DNA from: Takakia lepidozioides
Taxonomy: Eukaryota; Plantae; Bryophyta
DNA length: 64,000 nucleotides
Direction: 5' to 3'
Assembly (NCBI GenBank): GCA_030704615.1
Contig: CM060731.1
Span: forward strand, 20,150,001 to 20,214,000
Position numbers and translations under genes: made by a program. This document shows, piece by piece, positions 60,701 to 64,000 of this stretch (its first letter is position 1; every line of letters starts with the position of its first letter). The notes beneath the pieces are model-generated. The model saw only the letters and a list, made by a program, of their open reading frames with translations. It was not told the origin of the DNA and made no database searches.

Positions 60701-62351
60701 CCTCCACGGCCCACTCCTTTGCTGACAGAAGGTTTATTCGCCCTCCCACGGATTTGGGCGTTTCCGACACTCGTAAAACCTCGCCACCATTCCCACATGG
60801 CAGCGTGACTACTCTCTTGCGGCCATCTATGACCGCTCCGGATTTGCTCAAAAAGGTCATCCCCAAAATGAGATCCACTCCATCGATCTCGCAGATGGTG
60901 AAGTTCTCACGTCCCTCCCAACTCCCCAGTTGAAGAGGAACATCAAACGCCAACCTTGTCGCCAACTGTGGTTCTCCTTTGGCAGAACGCACCTCAATAG
61001 AGGCCCCCACGTCACTTGTCGGGAGTCCCAACTTTCGCGCCGCCGCCGGCGTCATGAAGGAGTGCGACGCTCCTGTGTCCACCAACAACGACACGTTAGT
61101 TCCGGATATTATCCCATCCACGAACAATAACTGACTCCCTTTACGCAGGGCGCCAGTTTCCTGATACAACTCACAAGAATAGTTGCCTACCTTGCAAGTC
61201 CTGGCGACCACCGCTTCCACCAAGCGACTGATGGTATCTTCCGACAGCTCCGTGGTCGCCCGAGTCATGTTCAATTGCCGGGGCTTCGTGCACTTCTTGG
61301 CCATGTGCCCGGGCTCCCCGCAATTGAAACACACTCCATCAAAGGTCGCCTTCTGTCCGCCATAAGCCGCTCCACCCGCTTTTCCTTTCGAAGCACCGGG
61401 TGCCGCCTTGACGTGTGAAGGCCCTCCCTTCGATTTCCACGTGCCATTTTCGCCGCGTGGCCTATCCCACTTCTTTTCCGGTCGGAGGAGTCACCTTCCC
61501 GCCGGGTCTTCTTGTGGTTCAGCTCCGTACGGCCTTGTCTCTCACCCCTAGGGACATCCGAGAAACATTCAGCCCTCTCAATTGCCTCGTTCAAAGTCTT
61601 GGGTGGCTTCTCCTCCAACTTCCGCCTGGCCCATGGGGCCAGTCCCGCCACAAAGTTGAAGACCATTTCTGGTTCTGCCATGTCCGCGACTTCGAGCAAC
61701 AGCACATTGAAAGCCTGGACATACCCCCGAATGTCATCTGTTTGCTTCAAATTCCTCATCTTGTCCCGGGCAAGCCAGGACGCGTTGAGGGGCACAAACT
61801 GTCTCTTCATCAATTCCTTGAACCCACTCCAGTTCAAGGTTTCCGGGCTTGGGCCTCGGTCGTGAAGGCGTTTCTGCCACCATTGTTGAGCATAGCCCCT
61901 CAAATAGGTGGGAGCCACTTCCACCCGATCCTCGTCACTCAACTTGGCCGCCCGGAAGTACTGCTCTAGCTCCAGGAGCCAGGTGTTGAGTGCCTTCCGA
62001 TTTCGAACGCCCTCGAAGGTGCCGGGTTCCTTAGGCTTCACCTTAAACTTTGCCTTAGTGGAAGTGGCATTAGCCGCCTTCAACACGTCTTTCAACGTCC
62101 CGCCAAACTGCGCCAACAACCCTTCCCAAAAGGCTGCCGGCATGGGAGGCATCTCTTGGTTTGTCGGAGCTCTCAAGGATTCCTCGGGCTCCGACTCCTC
62201 GGATTCCTCCCGCTCTTGAGCGGCCTCGTTTTCGGAAACATTCATCGCTTCCTCAAACGGCCGCCTCGGTGACACGTCGCCCCCATCGGGCTCACCGGGA
62301 TCATCATCTTTTGGGCCGTTCCGCTTTCGCTTCGGCTTGCCCGACCCCATG
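57792..62351 (-). CDS. Chromovirus gag-pol polyprotein, split by four apparent single-base deletions
   Basis: [96 protein letters not shown], chromodomain [17 protein letters not shown]. Confidence 0.9.
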
Positions 62352-62391
62352 ATGAGGCCAATCCCAAGGACGATCGCGTACTGAACTCTAA

Positions 62392-62403
62392 GCTCTGATA
62401 CCA
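62392..62403 (-). other. Primer binding site for initiator tRNA-Met
   Basis: TGGTATCAGAGC on the - strand, 2 nt inside the 5' LTR boundary. Confidence 0.95.
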
Positions 62404-62405
62404 AG

Positions 62406-63128
62406 TGTCGCGCACCTCACTTCGGTAAACTCCCCTTCAAGTCATAGTTACTCGCTTTGATGCGCGCGCCTGACTCCCAACCTGGCCGCCGGGCCAACTT
62501 GGAGCTTCGGCTGCTCACCGGGACATAACGGTCCCCTTCGCTTCCCTCTAAACCCTCCACCTATTTGGGACTAGGAGAATTCCCTTTGGTAGATGGCAGT
62601 CCGGAACAGCTCCCCACTCTTTGGTCGCTTTCCGGCTCGCTCGCTTACTCACTAGTTTTTGGTCACCAACGGGCTTGCACCGTTCTCGGGGTTACTACTC
62701 CCTATATATACTTCTGTAGCTGTCCGCGGGGGTTTCACAACCAGCCATGCCATTTTATGGCGAACCACCACGAAAACCCTCGACTCCCGGTGGTGAGTCG
62801 CGGTGAGTCTTGGCCCACTCACCGCGGCCCCAATGGACCGTGATGAGTCCCAAGACTCCCCACGACTCCCACCACGAGGTCTCCACCCCATGGTGAGTCC
62901 TATGCCACCCCCACTAAGTCCCACTAAGCTACCACCACCCCTTGTGGAGCCACCCCCACCGCAACCCGGTGTGCGGGGCTCCACCTAGTGAGCGCCTCCG
63001 CCTCCTTGAGTGCCTTGGGCACTCAAGGGTGCTTCAGCCCCCCATACCTATCGCTGCCGCTGCCCCCACCACAGGGGCAGCCCCTCATGTGTCCCGACCC
63101 CCTGCCCTCAAGGCAAAGGGCCGCGACA
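62406..63128 (-). repeat. 5' LTR (723 bp)
   Basis: Near-identical to 56164-56885; adjacent to the PBS. Confidence 0.97.
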
Positions 63129-64000
63129 ACCTGGCAGTCATGATTGACATATTTGATATTTGTTTGAGAAGATGATCGATGTCTCTCATCTGGTCATCAA
63201 AACTGATCCTGGATGTAGAATAATCTTCAAACAAAGTCTGTAAAGGCCAGTGTGTCGCCAACAATGCTTGATGGTGTCAGATGAAACATTTATGTGACAG
63301 CCTCTTTTGATCATTTTTACAGCGTCGTAAAAACTATCAACTCCGGATCTACACTAGACATCAACATATCAATCTTTCGTGAAATAAAGATCCTTGCCCG
63401 ATTAATACGTCTTGAAGTTTTGATGATTCCAGCCCCATCCATGGTGGTAGTGGCTGGTGCAGTTAGGTGGCAAAAACTCGAGTCTGATGATACGAATTTG
63501 TTCAACAATATTCACCACTTTGTGACTAGAGAAATTATCTAGAAGAAGTATAATTTTCTATTCCCCTACAAGTCTCATTCTTCGCTCAAAGTCTAATAAA
63601 AATTTCTCAAACATTGAGATGGTCATCCAAGCTCGCATATTGGCACCCCACAAGATGCCTAGGTTCTCTGGTCGGGCTATATTTCGCCCTGTAAATGCCC
63701 TTGGCCGAAGGTACTTGTTGATAATGAACGGAGGTAGTTTAATACTACCATCCATGTTGCTTGTTAAAGCAACAGTCAAACTCTCTTTATGTAGCTTGGT
63801 CCCACTCAAACGATGAGTAGCCAAGGACCGACTTGGCTCCAAACAATAGAATAATCTTGTCTCGTCCATTGTAAAAACATCCACTGGATCAAAATCTTTG
63901 ATCAGCTCCTTCATCTCCCGCATTCTGCTTTGAGTTCCCTCTGACATTTCAGCAGAGGTTGAGTCACCATGTCTTTTCTAAGCTATGTGTGCATGCAAGA

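Larger units (their letters stand above)
56164..63128 (-). mobile_element. Full-length young Ty3/gypsy chromovirus, 6965 bp
   Basis: Two LTRs TGTCGCG..CGCGACA; flanks CCCTG/ACCTG (5-bp TSD, 1 mismatch); tRNA-iMet PBS; gag-PR-RT-RH-IN-chromodomain. Confidence 0.97.
54957..64000 (-). mobile_element. pogo/Tigger-family (DDE_1, CENP-B-like) DNA transposon, decayed, running off the window; split by a MITE and the chromovirus
   Basis: TA|CAGTCAAACCTCTTTAATAG terminus (Lemi1/Emigrant-like). FTMDETRLFY, LTVALTSNMDG, NMRAWMT, LLLDNFSSH, FLPPNCTS and TIKHCWRHTG at 63230-63950. An acidic tail continues left of 56163. Confidence 0.85.

Noticed and set aside
61271-61480. Programmed gag/pol ribosomal frameshift
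   Set aside because: The shift falls before the gag zinc knuckle, and equivalent shifts occur inside RT and IN, so lesions or sequencing errors are more likely.

Overview
Eukaryotic nuclear DNA from a land plant. A non-seed lineage (bryophyte or lycophyte grade) is inferred from the transposon types but not proven. Left half (1-31 kb): three intact spliced genes, namely PTAC16 (-, 5 coding exons), an RNF216/TRIAD3-like RBR E3 ligase (+, 11 exons) and PARP1 (-, 22 exons). Between PTAC16 and the RBR gene (4-12.7 kb) lies a tract of gene relics (Lhcb C-terminus, MAPK-like kinase, an IQ-motif gene and its inverted paralogue) and old TEs (copia RNase H, a CRE-like non-LTR element with a nested Tourist MITE). 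Right half (31-64 kb): a nested transposon island. (1) An 8.1-kb CACTA element (34288-42362) keeps only a truncated TnpD. It carries co-oriented host gene fragments (PLS-class PPR repeats, intron-containing mitochondrial EF-Tu exons, an RPS3a/eS1 exon) interleaved with repeated element-derived modules, i.e. a Pack-CACTA. (2) A 5'-truncated non-chromovirus Ty3/gypsy has a zinc-knuckle-bearing integrase extension and a large extra ORF after pol. It is interrupted by a MITE and by a head-to-tail LTR-LTR dimer with an internal inversion. (3) A pogo/Tigger-type DNA transposon hosts a MITE and a very young full-length chromovirus (56164-63128). No rRNA, tRNA or CRISPR array is seen. All calls were made by eye from motifs and splice signals; no database search was run.
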